NCBI GenBank assembly: GCA_000442015.1
Contig: KE560945.1
Location: 1-64,000 of the forward strand
Direction: 5' to 3'
From: Rozella allomycis CSF55
Taxonomy: Eukaryota
Length of the DNA stretch: 64,000 nucleotides
Under the pieces are notes generated by a model. That model was given only the letters and a program-made list of their open reading frames with translations, was not told where the DNA came from and searched no databases. Below, in pieces: positions 48,702-61,053 of this stretch (position 1 is the first letter of the stretch; each line of letters begins with the position of its first letter). Both the position numbers and the translations under genes were made by a program.

Positions 48702-51700
48702 ATGACGCTTTTATCGTTCATATCACAAGAGATAAATGATATATCGATGATTTTAAGTTTTGTAAATGGAGTTCCACCGTTAGAACCGATTCAGTTGGTC
48801 TTACATTTGAACGAGATTGAAGAAATCCCAAGAAATTTTTTCCTGAACAAATTAATTGTGAATTTAGATTTATCGTCAAATTTTATTAAAGAATGCTTAT
48901 GGGCTAGCGAGCTGAAGAATCTCGTAGTTTTATGTCTAGCGAATAATCAAGTATTTTAATACAAAAGATATTTCTAGATTGAAGATTTAAATTGGGTTTC
49001 TCGATTGTATTGTTTGAGAAAGCTTGATGTTTCGTTTAATAAAATTTGTAATCTGAGGGGCCTTGCACAGATTCATGGCGAGAGATACCAATTGGAATAT
49101 TTAGATTTGCGTTGTAATAAAATTGAGACGATGAATGAACTTTACTATTTAGTTGGATTGAATAAATTGAAATGTCTGTTTTTGTTTCATTTGCTCTACT
49201 CGAAAGAAGAAGAAGAAGAAATTAACCCTTGCTGGAAGGATCTAAATGCAATTTCTGAAATATTCCAAATGATTCCCCAAATTGAATGTTTTGACAATAA
49301 AAATTTTGATGGATCTGAATCTGATTATAGCTTTGAATTTAACATCTACGAAATGGACGTTTTAGAAGAAGAAAACATTTTCCAAGATGTGGCTGTGTCT
49401 CCAATTAAAGATCTTAAAGAAGAAAATGAAAAAATAGATGAAAATATTCAAGTGCAGCTTGAATCTATTAAAGATGACAAAAAAGATGAAAATTTGTTGA
49501 TTGGTACTTTAAATTCAATCCAAACATTTCTAAAAGAAAATATTTACGACAAAAAGATTCAAGATTTACAAAACGAAATTTCTCAATTGAAAAGCTTGAA
49601 AACAGACAATGAAGAAAACAGATTGAAAACTATAGATGAGAAAAATGAAATCAAAATTAAAGAAATCCAAGAAATTCTTTTGGAAAAAATAAATAATTTG
49701 AATTATGATAACCAAAACATGAATGACCACAAAGACGAACAATTAAAGAAGAGAGAAGAAATTTTAACCCAGCACGAAAATTTCATAAAATCCAGACAAG
49801 AAGAATTGAACAAGAAGGAAAGTTTCTTGCAATCAAAAGAAGAGGCACTGGCCAAGAGAGAAGAACAATTTGAACAAACAATGGAAAAAAAGTTACAGCA
49901 AATCAAACTTGACTATGAAAAGAGCTTTAAAGAGAAAGATAAAAATATTGAATTGTTGTTTGAGACATCAGTAAGTTGAATACGTTTGATTAAAAAGAAT
50001 CGACTAAGTTTGGAAGAAAGAAAGACTTCTGAACTAGCAATGGGTTTAGAGTTTATGGAGCAGAGATTAAAGGAGAGAAATGAAGAATTTGACCTTGTGT
50101 TAAAGGAAAAATATCATTACCATAATGAATGTTTGACCCTGGCTAGTAAGTTAAGCCACTTGGAGGAAAGCTTAAAAAATCAAACGGAAAAAAATAAAAA
50201 AGAAAAAGAATTTTTCAAATTAAAATTCAATCAATGGAATCAAAATAAACTTGAACTGGAATTTGAATTAAAATCCTTGAAAGAAAAACAGAAAAGTCTG
50301 AAATCCAATAAAGAACTTGAGATTGAATCGTTAAAGTCTATAATGAGAAAAGAAATAGAATCAGAATTTTCAAAGAAAATAAAAAAATTGGAAGAAGATT
50401 TTAAATCGATTTCAGCGTCACTTGAAAAGGAAAGGAATGTTGTGTCCAAGCTAAAAGAAAAGGAAGTTGAAACGGAATCGCAATTAGCCCAAAAAGAAAA
50501 GGTAAGATATTTTAAAATAATTTATTCTTGGTTTATTCTGAATTGAAGAAAGAAAATGATGATTTAGTAAAGAACATTCAGCAAAGCCAAAATGAAATCA
50601 ATTCAAACAAAAAGTTGATAAAAGAAATGGAAAATGTTATAAAAGAACAAAAAATATTTATTTTAAATTTTAAAGAAGAAAATGAAAAGAAGCAATTGGG
50701 GCTGTTAAATACCCTGGACACATTAAGGGAATCAAATGCACAACTTGAACAAGAGCTCCAGTCTTTAAACCAAGAATTAAATAACGCTAAAAATATAAAT
50801 AAATCTTTTCTTGATTTAAATAATGATATTAATCTAAGAGATAAAACAATACAGACACTAAATTCTCAACTTGATGAAAGGAAGAGTCTACTTGAGGCTC
50901 TCCAGTTGAAATTTACAGAAAATGAGAAATCATTTAATGGGCTAAAAAGCAAATATGATTCGTTGACTGATACACTCAAGATTAAAGACAAAATTGTTGA
51001 AGATCAATTAGATTCGATAAGAAAATTACAAAACAAAATTGAAGAAAAGAGAAGAGAAATCGATCATATTGTTGAAAAAAACGCTAAAAAAGAAAATGAA
51101 TTGGAAAAGAAATTGAGAATGGAAGCCGATCGAAATGACGTTCTCATTACTCAAGTAATTTAAGAAATACATTATAAAAACAGTTGACTGAAATTGAATC
51201 AGAAGTTCATTTTCTTTCAAAGAAAATAGAAGATTTGCGATCTGAAAATATAAAGATTGAAAAAGAAGCTAAAATGTACAAGGAAAAATATAAAGAACGT
51301 GAAGATAGCTTATCATACGTTGAAAAGGAAGTATAAATCTTTAAATAATAATTTTAGATCCAAAAAATGAAGTTGGATTACTCAAGTAAAGAAAAAGAAT
51401 TGATGACTATTAAACAGGCAGAAATGTCGGAAAAAGAATCCCAGATTACTGAATTGCAAAAAAAGTCAACGGTACCACCTTTATATCTTTAAATAGATCC
51501 AGGAACTACAAAATCAATTGGATTCTCTAGAAAAGGATAATTTGAATATGAAAACTCTACTGCTAAATTTTGAGAATCAGAATATCAACAAATCAAAAGA
51601 AATAGAAAAATTACAAATGGAATTATCAAAATCAGAAGCAAGATCAATGGAAAAGTTCAACAAACTTCGATCTGTTCTTGAAGAAGTCAATAAACAACTA

Positions 51701-51703
51701 TAA
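48702..51703 (+). CDS. LRRCC1: Leucine-rich repeat and coiled-coil centriolar protein (LRRCC1/Vfl1-like), multi-exon
   Basis: SDS22-type LRRs (LDLSSNFI, LCLANNQI, LDVSFNKI..L..IHG..YQLEYLDLRCNKI) with an LRR cap 'NPC', then a long coiled coil containing 'IKDKIVEDQ.DSI..L'. Confidence 0.72.
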
Positions 51704-51814
51704 ATTAATGCAATCTAAACCCTCTAAAAAGCGATTAAGTAGTAAATAAAAAAAAGTTTACATCAAATGTCTTGTCGTAAGCAATATTATAGTTCTTGTA
51801 ATCGTATGTCTCGT

Positions 51815-51886
51815 GGCTTCGTGGTCTAGTGGTATGATTCTCGCTTTGGGTGTGAGAGGTCCCGAGTTCAATCCTCGGCGGAGCCC
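51815..51886 (+). tRNA. tRNA-Pro, anticodon TGG (copy 1)
   Basis: GGCTTCGTGGTCTAGTGGTATGATTCTCGCTTTGGGTGTGAGAGGTCCCGAGTTCAATCCTCGGCGGAGCCC, followed by a TTTTT Pol III terminator. Confidence 0.95.
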
Positions 51887-54800
51887 TTTTTGCCCTAGGG
51901 TATCAACTTTATAATTTTGTATTTTAAAGAATTTATTATTTTAAAACAGCAATTTTGATTTGAAGAGACAAAATACAGCTGACTGTAAATACGCACGCAG
52001 TAAAAAAATTATAAGCATATGTACTATGTTTACATCAAATTTAAACCGTAAGTTAAGGAATGTACGAACTTTTTAATCTCGTTTGTCCAAATTTAGTCTT
52101 TGAATTCAAAACTAGCAAAAAAGAACAAAACAAGACAAAAACATTTAAGAGGCACTTGTGTGGCAAGTGACAAAGTGAAAAACCTCTATCAATCACTGTC
52201 ATATGGCTATAAAAGGATGATCCTGGCATCAAATAGAAGGTAACGTTAAGTTAGGTTAAGTTTTCGTTTGTGTTAAGATTATAATGAGTTATTTTAACGA
52301 TTAATAAAGTGGTGCGTATATGTAATCGTGTTATCTATGCACCTGCAGAGATACTTTACTGGAATGGCAAACTTTAATGCCCAGTTTTTTTAAGACAAGT
52401 GTGCCTGTTACCAACGACATTCAAACAATTGCGATTAAACGGTTGGCTTCAGGGAAAAACAAAAAGGGAGTTGGTGGAGAATGTCTGCTTTGGAGTCCCA
52501 ATTGGATATCGTCGTCAAACAAAGTTCGGTATTAAAAGCTTAACATGACCCACTACAGTCAATTTTTATTTTGTTATATGTAAATGCTTTTATACTTTTC
52601 GCGCAATTGACCAACTTTAATGACGTTTTGTGAAGTCCGGATTAACATAAATAGAGTCGTACCGCAGCTCAAGGTATTATGTCGCCTGATATTGACGTGG
52701 TTACATTGTGAGCGTTTGGACACGTGATATTGGCGATTCTGTTTTAAGGTCCAGCGTCTATTTCACTGCGTTGATGTGTCGGATGTGTATTCTCACGATA
52801 CAATCGATTTATTTGCAGTGAGCTACTTGATTTAAAATGGCCGATATTTTACAGGCGATGTTTTATTGTATGTATTCATGTCGTCATGGCGTCGTGATAT
52901 AGACGTAGAATGTGCGCGTTAGGTGAGAGGGCGTATTAGCGTTAGACACCTCAAAACGTTTTACGTGACCAATGAAAATGAGTAGCGCGTGATCGCAAGA
53001 ACAGTTTGGGCATCAATAATGTAATCACGCAAAAAAATATGTGTTTATGACACTGAGATGACAACAGATCGACGGAAACCAATGCGTTGCGTGCTTCAAT
53101 TCCAACCTCATATATTTACATATAGAACGAGGACAATACGTGGTAAACTAATCATTAGTTAACATGAGAGTAAATGGATGTGCAAACGAAAGTTGGATGT
53201 CTTTGTAGTGTTTGATCCCAATTGTGTTCCTCTTTTAGTGGTGTCGCGCATTATTTGGAGAGTTTCTATTACCAGGGTCCTGAAACACAAGTCGTACTAA
53301 TATTGTGCATGATCGTCAGTAATTGCAAATGCATTGTTTGTAGGATGTTGCGTACGAGGTTGAGGTTTGCAATGTTTTTGGCACACATGAACGTTCATAT
53401 TTTATGCATCAAAAGTGACATGTTTAAAAGGCATGTCGTCATCGACACAGTCATTACGCATGATGCGAGTCCCGGAGCTATTAAAATCATATTATAATGT
53501 CACAAACAGGGTGCATTTAGGACTTAAACCTTGGGCCAACGATCTGCGGGCGGCGGGTGTCAATTTATTAAATATTCGCCTAGGCCTGCACTCGCAAAAT
53601 AAACATCGAATAAGACAAATATTTGGCTCGGCGTGTTACTTAACCATGACAATTACTCAACATGTTTTCTCGTGCGCACACTTTTTGCAAATAAATGAAG
53701 TATTGACCGCGCGCAATGGGCAGGTGCGTTATTCCGGTATTGGCATTATGTGGACTATGTTTAACTCGTATAGGACACGGTTATTAACTATAACATCTAT
53801 AATGTTTTGTGCAAACTCATTCCTGGATCTTGTCGAACGTGACCAGGATATGTTTATAACATTTACCGTTGGTACAAACGCATTTCAGCATTGGCAATGC
53901 TTGAACATGTATTTGAAAATAGTCAACATCTACAGCTCGTAGAGTTAGATCCACAGTCGAAATATTCTGTTCTGCGCCATGCTATATTGATAGACATGTA
54001 CATGATTTGCGCGGATGTACAGGCACGAGTAACGACGTTGAAAATAGATCGCACATAAAGCCTGGTAAGTGGTATTTATTCATTGCACGACGTGGCCATA
54101 GCCCGCTGTTGTTGTAGCGCGCGATGCATATGCCTTGATCGGGACCTACGCATATAAGAGTCTCTGAAACGACGCCAATGCAATACAAAGTGAGACAACC
54201 CACAAATCAGGTGCCTGGAAATTTTGAATTTGTGGCATACTATAATTGCTTTGTGTGTTTAAATTCACAACTAAAACAACATCCGCTACGTTAATGCAAT
54301 ATACAAATAGTAAGTGCCATGCAAAGTTGGTCAGATAAAGTTCCTTTGTCCTCTAGCCCCTTCTTCACATCCGGTCCCCAATAGTTACAGCCACTAAGGA
54401 TATGTGGTCTTCTTACGCATACGGGTCCGATGGTTATGCTCCCTGGCCGACATTATAATTGATACAAAGTAATTTTAATTGTGTTTTGACAAGGTGACAA
54501 ATTGGTTGACACCAAATTAAATATTCAAACCTGTTGGCATAAATGGCGCAAATATCTACTCAGCAACGCATGCACAGTTTTTTCGAAGTCGTCTTATGTC
54601 ATGCCATCGGTCAAATCACCAAGCATCAAGGTTTACATTTGTGCACTTTAACGTTAAGTATGCGTCGCACATTGTCCATGCAGTTTATAGATAAATATTT
54701 GCAATGCAATTTTTTTTGAGAGGCCCTTAAAAACTAACAAAGTGCCACGTATCTATATTACAGTACATTCTTTTATAGAACGTTGACGACATTGAAGCTA

Positions 54801-56111
54801 AACAAAAATTCCACTGAACCCAAGTACTTCTAAAGTCACATGAAACTGTGTAAACATCCAGAATAAAGAACATATATTCTTTTTTCGTATTAAATTGTCA
54901 GTTTGTCTTCTTGGACGCGAGTTGATTTTTCAACAATCGCAATCGCCTTATTACAGTATCTTGAGCATGTGTTTGGTACCAAACACATTCGTTTTAAAAA
55001 ACCTTCACGAAATCAAAACAAAAGGTGTTTACGCAATCAACAGCAGAACCGTTTTCGTTTAATAGAGTAAGATTAAATTTTTCAATCGCATAGTTAGTTA
55101 TTGCGAAATCTACAAAACATACAGAATTATGATTATTTTTGTACCTGTAGCAACAACATCTAAACCCTGACGTCGACTAAATGAATTCGGAGTCAACCAT
55201 TTTTCCGTGCGATAGTCCCAAAAACTCTGCAAGTCTTTTTCTGTGCATGTACCATGTAGTACGGACAGTGTCGTAAATTACATTTAAGTAAAGTTTGACC
55301 AAATCGATCAAAAAGCCATCAATATTCCTCCTGACGTTTATGACTAGACAATGCTATACAAAGATAATAACACTAACCAGACACAGCAACCTTTATAACA
55401 CGATTGTTGCTTCATCTAGCGTGTACGTGTCATCATCTTAAACCTGTACGTTGCCACAGGTGGCAATTTATGCACGACCCCAGCTTTCAAGAAGCGCCAG
55501 CGAAGTAAACCCAATGAACGAAAGCGGTTCCAAGGCCAAGAGTGGGCACTTTGATTACCACATCAAAGCCAAAAAGCAGGGGTTCGTTTTTTCATTTTCT
55601 AAATTTTCCTCAGGGTTTTCAATTTTTGTAGTTCCAAAGAATGGTTCTATCTTGTTTGTGTATTCTTTTAGAGATTTATGCGACATTTGTTCCTGAATTC
55701 AAATGTTTCATTAATCATTGTCAAGAGGTAGTGTACCTACACGTTCGGCAATCAGATGATAAGCAAAGGCTCAGACTTTGGGTGTGATAATGCACAATTG
55801 TTGCAAATGTCGCAAAACAATTATAAGTAACCAGAAGGACTGTGTTTACTGCATTTACACTTGTAAAAGCTGTTGTGAAACTGTGATTATAGCTTTTAGA
55901 AATGCAATCACCTATAATGGATTTGCCAAATAGCGCCAGCCAGAGAGGGTTTGACCATATGTGATTATACAAAGGGACATTATAAATCTGCCATGTCTGT
56001 TTATGTGCTTGTAGAATTGTTTTTGGGGTCAAACCAAAATCGATGGTGGATTCATGTACTATCATCAAGTTTTTCAAAGCAGGAATAGTGCGTTGATTCT
56101 GTCCTCCATAA
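51887..56111. other. Gene-poor, compositionally atypical island between two identical tRNA-Pro genes; likely decayed mobile or foreign DNA
   Basis: 4.2 kb with no recognisable host-style gene in an otherwise wall-to-wall genome. Visibly richer in CG dinucleotides, with only short broken ORFs. Confidence 0.55.
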
Positions 56112-56183
56112 GGCTTCGTGGTCTAGTGGTATGATTCTCGCTTTGGGTGTGAGAGGTCCCGAGTTCAATCCTCGGCGGAGCCC
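56112..56183 (+). tRNA. tRNA-Pro, anticodon TGG (copy 2)
   Basis: The 72 nt are identical to 51815-51886 and are followed by a T run. Confidence 0.95.
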
Positions 56184-56272
56184 TTTTTTCATGCTTTTCT
56201 ATCGTCCTCATCTTCATAAGAAGAATCCATTTGTCATAAAGACTCGATTCAAAAAATTTAGAGTAAGGAAAG

Positions 56273-59200
56273 TTAATTTATTAAGATGGAGAGCTTTTTG
56301 AATTCATTGGAATTGATCATTTTAATGGCCAAGGACATGACAAGTGATGCAGACAACGGCGCATTGATAAGATCTGGATAAAAGAGAGCAACAAATAATT
56401 TTAGGATAGCATTTTGTCTTTGATCCGCGGAAGCATTGGAAACTAGAAGAGAGTCCATGCAATTGTTGAAGAATGAAACAGACTCAGATTGATTGAAGAA
56501 CTTTACGACGGTTAAATGAACAAAAGGATCAAGAATGAATGATGAAAATATTTCTTTAAAAGTATGAGGAAAAGCCCTTAGAAAATATAATGAATCAACA
56601 GAGTTAAATTGTTCAATTAACATTTGAGTGATCTCAGGATCCATTTTCTCTTTAGCTACTTGACCCATTAAGATAAGGGTGTCTTTGTCATGACATTTTG
56701 AAATAATTGAACAAAAAGCCATTGAAGTGGATTTTGACATTTTACCTTTTGCAGCGATCGTATTTGCTAAGAATTCGTTCACATTGAATTCATTTTCAAA
56801 AAATGCCAACAAAATTGATTCTCCGAAATTTCCCTGCGCATCCATTAAAAGGTTTGGAATATTCTTAACTGCCAAATCAATAAACTGTTTTGAATTTAGA
56901 ACACTAATAATAAATGAAAATAGAGAACGTGAAAAGTGTTTTTGAATGACTTTATCGCTACCTGTGATGGTTGTTTTAATGCAATGTTTGAAAGCGAGAA
57001 GAAATGAAGTTTCCGAAATATCTAAAATATTTGACCAATCAATACGAGGCAAATTTTGACAGTTAGAAATCACTTTAAACGCAATTTCATTACGGGATTC
57101 AATTAAATTAAATAAAATTGAATCTTTTTGAAATAAATTTTTAGGTTCAATTTCTGTCTGGAAACTCAAGGTAGAAACAAACCCAGAAATTCCCCAAAGC
57201 AATAACACAATTGAATCTCGACGATTCTTGATGCTTTCAGAATTGCTTAAAGATTTATTCAAGTAAACATCCATTGGATCGATGCTTGGAGGAAGCGAAT
57301 TAAGAATAAATGAATCAGACAGAGGAATTTCTTTTGATTCTAAAATATTTGATAAAAGATTTCTGTATTTTCTTTCTTCAAATTCAAGTTTCAATTTTTC
57401 TCTGACGGATGATTTTAAGCCAGGATTCAAAATCAATACTTGGCATAAAACGAGCTCAAAATGAATTTCTTTATTATTTTCTATCAAATAATTTATTTCT
57501 TCTTGTTTAGCAGTGGATAAAAGGGAAGATATCATTCTGCCAAGTATAATAGACGTTATACATTGCAAGTTTGTGTCGCAGTGTTTTATTATTGAATGAA
57601 ACCCATTCATAATTATACTATTTAAATTCAATCTAAAAGAATTTGTAAAATGAAGTCCAAGAAATACAATTTTTGATAGATGAACGTCTTCACTATAATT
57701 TTCTTCTGGGGTTGTAAATTGGAGGGAAAACTTTTTATACAATTCATCCAGTTCTGGACTCTGAATAAAATAATAAATTGCTAAAATAACCCAAATTATT
57801 ATAAACTACCTGTTAAAAGTATAATTGAGAATGAAACGATGCTTGAATCGGGACTGTTTGAAACAAGATCCAAACTTTCTTTAAGAAGGTGTTCAACTTG
57901 GTTAGGATTATTATTAAAATAAATTTTCAAAATTTCGATGAAATGCAAATGAAAAAATATGGAATCCCAAAGAGTTAAAGGAACAGAATAGTTTAACCTT
58001 AATGACTTTATGTCAACATTGTTTAAACAAAGTAAATCAAAAAATGTTTTAAAACTTTTAATTGCTGGCGGCGTTAAAGAATTTTTAAACAATGGAGAAA
58101 TTTTATCAACAAACTTTAATGCTTCCAATCGCAAATTGGATCCCCCGGCAATTGAAGACCTCCCCAACGTGGAAATTTCAGAATTCACTAACCAAGTCAA
58201 ATAATTAACAGCGCCTTGGCCAATCGATAAAAATTTACTTAAATCGTCTATTTCGACTGCATGATTTAATTTAATTAAAGAATCAAGACACGCCTCGACT
58301 AATTTCACATTTCCTTTTCCATGCAAAAGATATGCATTAACAACCCTGGTCATTTCATTTATGCAATTCTGCTTCAAAGATTCAAAAGAGTTTGTGGAAT
58401 CGCCAATTTCTCCTAAAAATCCAATAAATCTATAATAGAAAACCAAAAGGTCCTCATCAAGAAAGGGTTTAAGTGGAAACAAGAAAATGTTTAAAACTAC
58501 GGGAAACCAGGTATGGGAATCTTACTTGCGCGAGGATCAGCGATAGAAGACAACGACATGAAAGAATTTAATATTAAAAATAAAATTTGTCTGTTAATTC
58601 CCTTGCTTTGAGATTTAAAATACCTTGAAATCCAAATTAAACAATCAGTCCCATAATTGTCTGCGTTCATTTTACTGAGATAACTATGAGAGACTAAACG
58701 CTAAACTTACCTTATCGATGTCGCCAAACTTAGTTCCCATTCACAATCATTTATTTTCTCAAAAAGGATTTGCCTTAAATATGGAAAAGCGCGGCTATTT
58801 TGAACGCAAAACTTTGTGAAAAATGAAAATGCCATTTTAGATGTTTTGGGCTTATCGCTTTGATTTATTAAACACAAAAAGAGATTTATCACTCTGGCGC
58901 TTATCATTGAATCCATTTGAAAACCACAAAGTGAATCTAGAAATGTAGAAATTGATATCTTTCCACTTTTATACAACAGATTTAAATGAAGAAACAACTG
59001 CTGCTGTGCCACACAATCATCCGCCATTTTTAAAAGCAAATTAAGTGCACTTGAAGAAAATTGGTGATCTGAATGAAAACATAGTGAGGTAACCAGGTCG
59101 AATGAATAATAATTTTCACATTTTTGATTGTACCAATTGAAATCAAAACTCTTCGCTGTTGATTTGTAATAACCTAGAGAATCTACAATTTCACAATCAA

Positions 59201-60113
59201 AATCTAATGCTTTAAATCCTTTTAAAGTTATTATTTTAAAAATAAACTGCTGAATCATTTTAGCAGTTGATGAAGATATATGTCGTTCTTCAAGAATCAT
59301 ATTCAAACGTGGCAAAAGTAACAAAAGAAAAGAATATTCACAATTCGCCAAAATATTAATACAAAAGTTTAATATTTCTTCATTAAAATATAAAGTGAGT
59401 AATGCGAATCCCAAAAGTTCGCCATTCGCATCAGAACTCCAATCATGAAGAAATGTAAGCCACTTTGTTACATCTTCTTCATTTGACGTTAAAATAAACT
59501 TAATCATTGCATTTTTTATTTCCTTTTTATATAAAGGTATCAATTTCAACGCTAAATCAAATTGATCAATACTAATATTTGCAATTTGATCCAAATTCTT
59601 TATAAAAATATTTTTCGAAATTTCATTAAAAGTAATATAAAAATTCAAAACTTTATCTTTACAGTCTCCATTAAATGTCTCTGGCTTGAAATATCTCTCC
59701 AAAACAATCAATTGGTCGTTTTCATTCATATATGGCAGTATTTGATACCTCAAAATATCAACATAAAATATATTTTGACTTGAAACAATTTTTTCTACCC
59801 ATTCAAAGCAATTCATGGTGCATAGAGACTTTATAGATTCATAAATACATGCATTTGAATTAGACGATAAAATAATTAACATGAGCTTTTCCTTTACTTT
59901 ATCAAGCTCAAAAATATTATTTTCCACCATTTCCATTATCAAACTTTGCGCAAACAAACGATGGTCATCCTCGTCATAATAAACTTGCCATATCCAACTC
60001 CAAAATTCCAAAGATTTAGATGTCTCCAAATCTAAATTTGCCCTTATTAGTTTCCAGAGAGAATAACCGTAGTTTTTGCCTTGTTTCCCAAAAAATGTTT
60101 TAATCTTTTCCAT
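56273..60113 (-). CDS. Large ARM/HEAT-repeat protein, focadhesin/RST1-like (DUF3730), multi-exon; ends approximate
   Basis: Three long helical ORFs are joined by short introns. 'WELSLATSI...NADNYGTDCL..IS' and 'LPRIDWSNIL' resemble focadhesin motifs. Confidence 0.5.
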
Positions 60114-60128
60114 TTGGGAAATTTTAGA

Positions 60129-60999
60129 ATGCAAAGAGCAAACACGGCACAACCAGATAAAAACCAAGGTAAATGTAAATAGCTAGAAACAAAGGTATTT
60201 TTATAGTATTTTGAATTTTTAAAGAGGCAAATGTGTACATAGGAAACATTGACGAAAAAGTTTCAGAAGCACTTTTGTGGGAACTAATGCTACAAGCAGG
60301 GCAAGTAGGTAACGCTGGCAAATAAAGTTAAGTATAGTGAATGTTTTTATTCCTAGAGATCGTGTAACAGGATTACATCAAGGATTTGGATTTTGCGAAT
60401 TTGCAACAGTGGAAGATGCTGATTATGCGTAAAAATATTGATGATATCTAATTAAAAGATGCAAAATCATGAATATGGTGAAATTGTATGGAAAGCCTAT
60501 TAGGCTAAACAAGGCTGCAGCTGACAAGAAGGAACTTGATATCGGTGCAACGTTGTTTATTGGTAACCTGGCCCCAGAAGTAGATGAAAAGACCCTGTAT
60601 GATACATTTTCAGCGTTTGGTGTTATATTGCAAACACCCAAGATTGTTCGTGACGCAACCAGTGGAGTTTCAAGGGGTGTTGGATTTGTACATTTTGATA
60701 ATTTTGAGTCATCCGATCAAGCGATTTCAGCGATGAATGGGCAATATTTAAGTGGCAAAGCGATAACAGTTTCGTATGCAAACAAAAAGGATGGCAAGGG
60801 AGGACAGCATGGAACAGCGGCTGAGAGATTATTGGCGTCTCAAGCCAAGAGAAGACAAGTTAATTTAGGAAATGAGCTATTAGAAATGCAAAGAGAGCAA
60901 ATGGCACAAGCAGCGATTGCTACACAAGGACAAGCCACGTTTGCACCACCGACGGTTTACGTTCCACCAGGCATGGCTTTCCCAGGCAGAGCAATATAA
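60129..60999 (+). CDS. SF3B4: Splicing factor SF3B4/Hsh49, multi-exon
   Basis: '[30 protein letters not shown]', 'HQGFGFCEF', '[16 protein letters not shown]' and '[10 protein letters not shown]'. Confidence 0.95.
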
Positions 61000-61053
61000 A
61001 ATGATATGAAATGGAATTAATAAATTAATTCATTGATCAAATGAAATAAATGT

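Noticed and set aside
55721-56077. Minus-strand 118-aa ORF just upstream of tRNA-Pro copy 2, possibly a non-LTR retrotransposon fragment
   Set aside because: No RT, endonuclease or zinc-knuckle motif was recognisable; kept only as part of the island finding.
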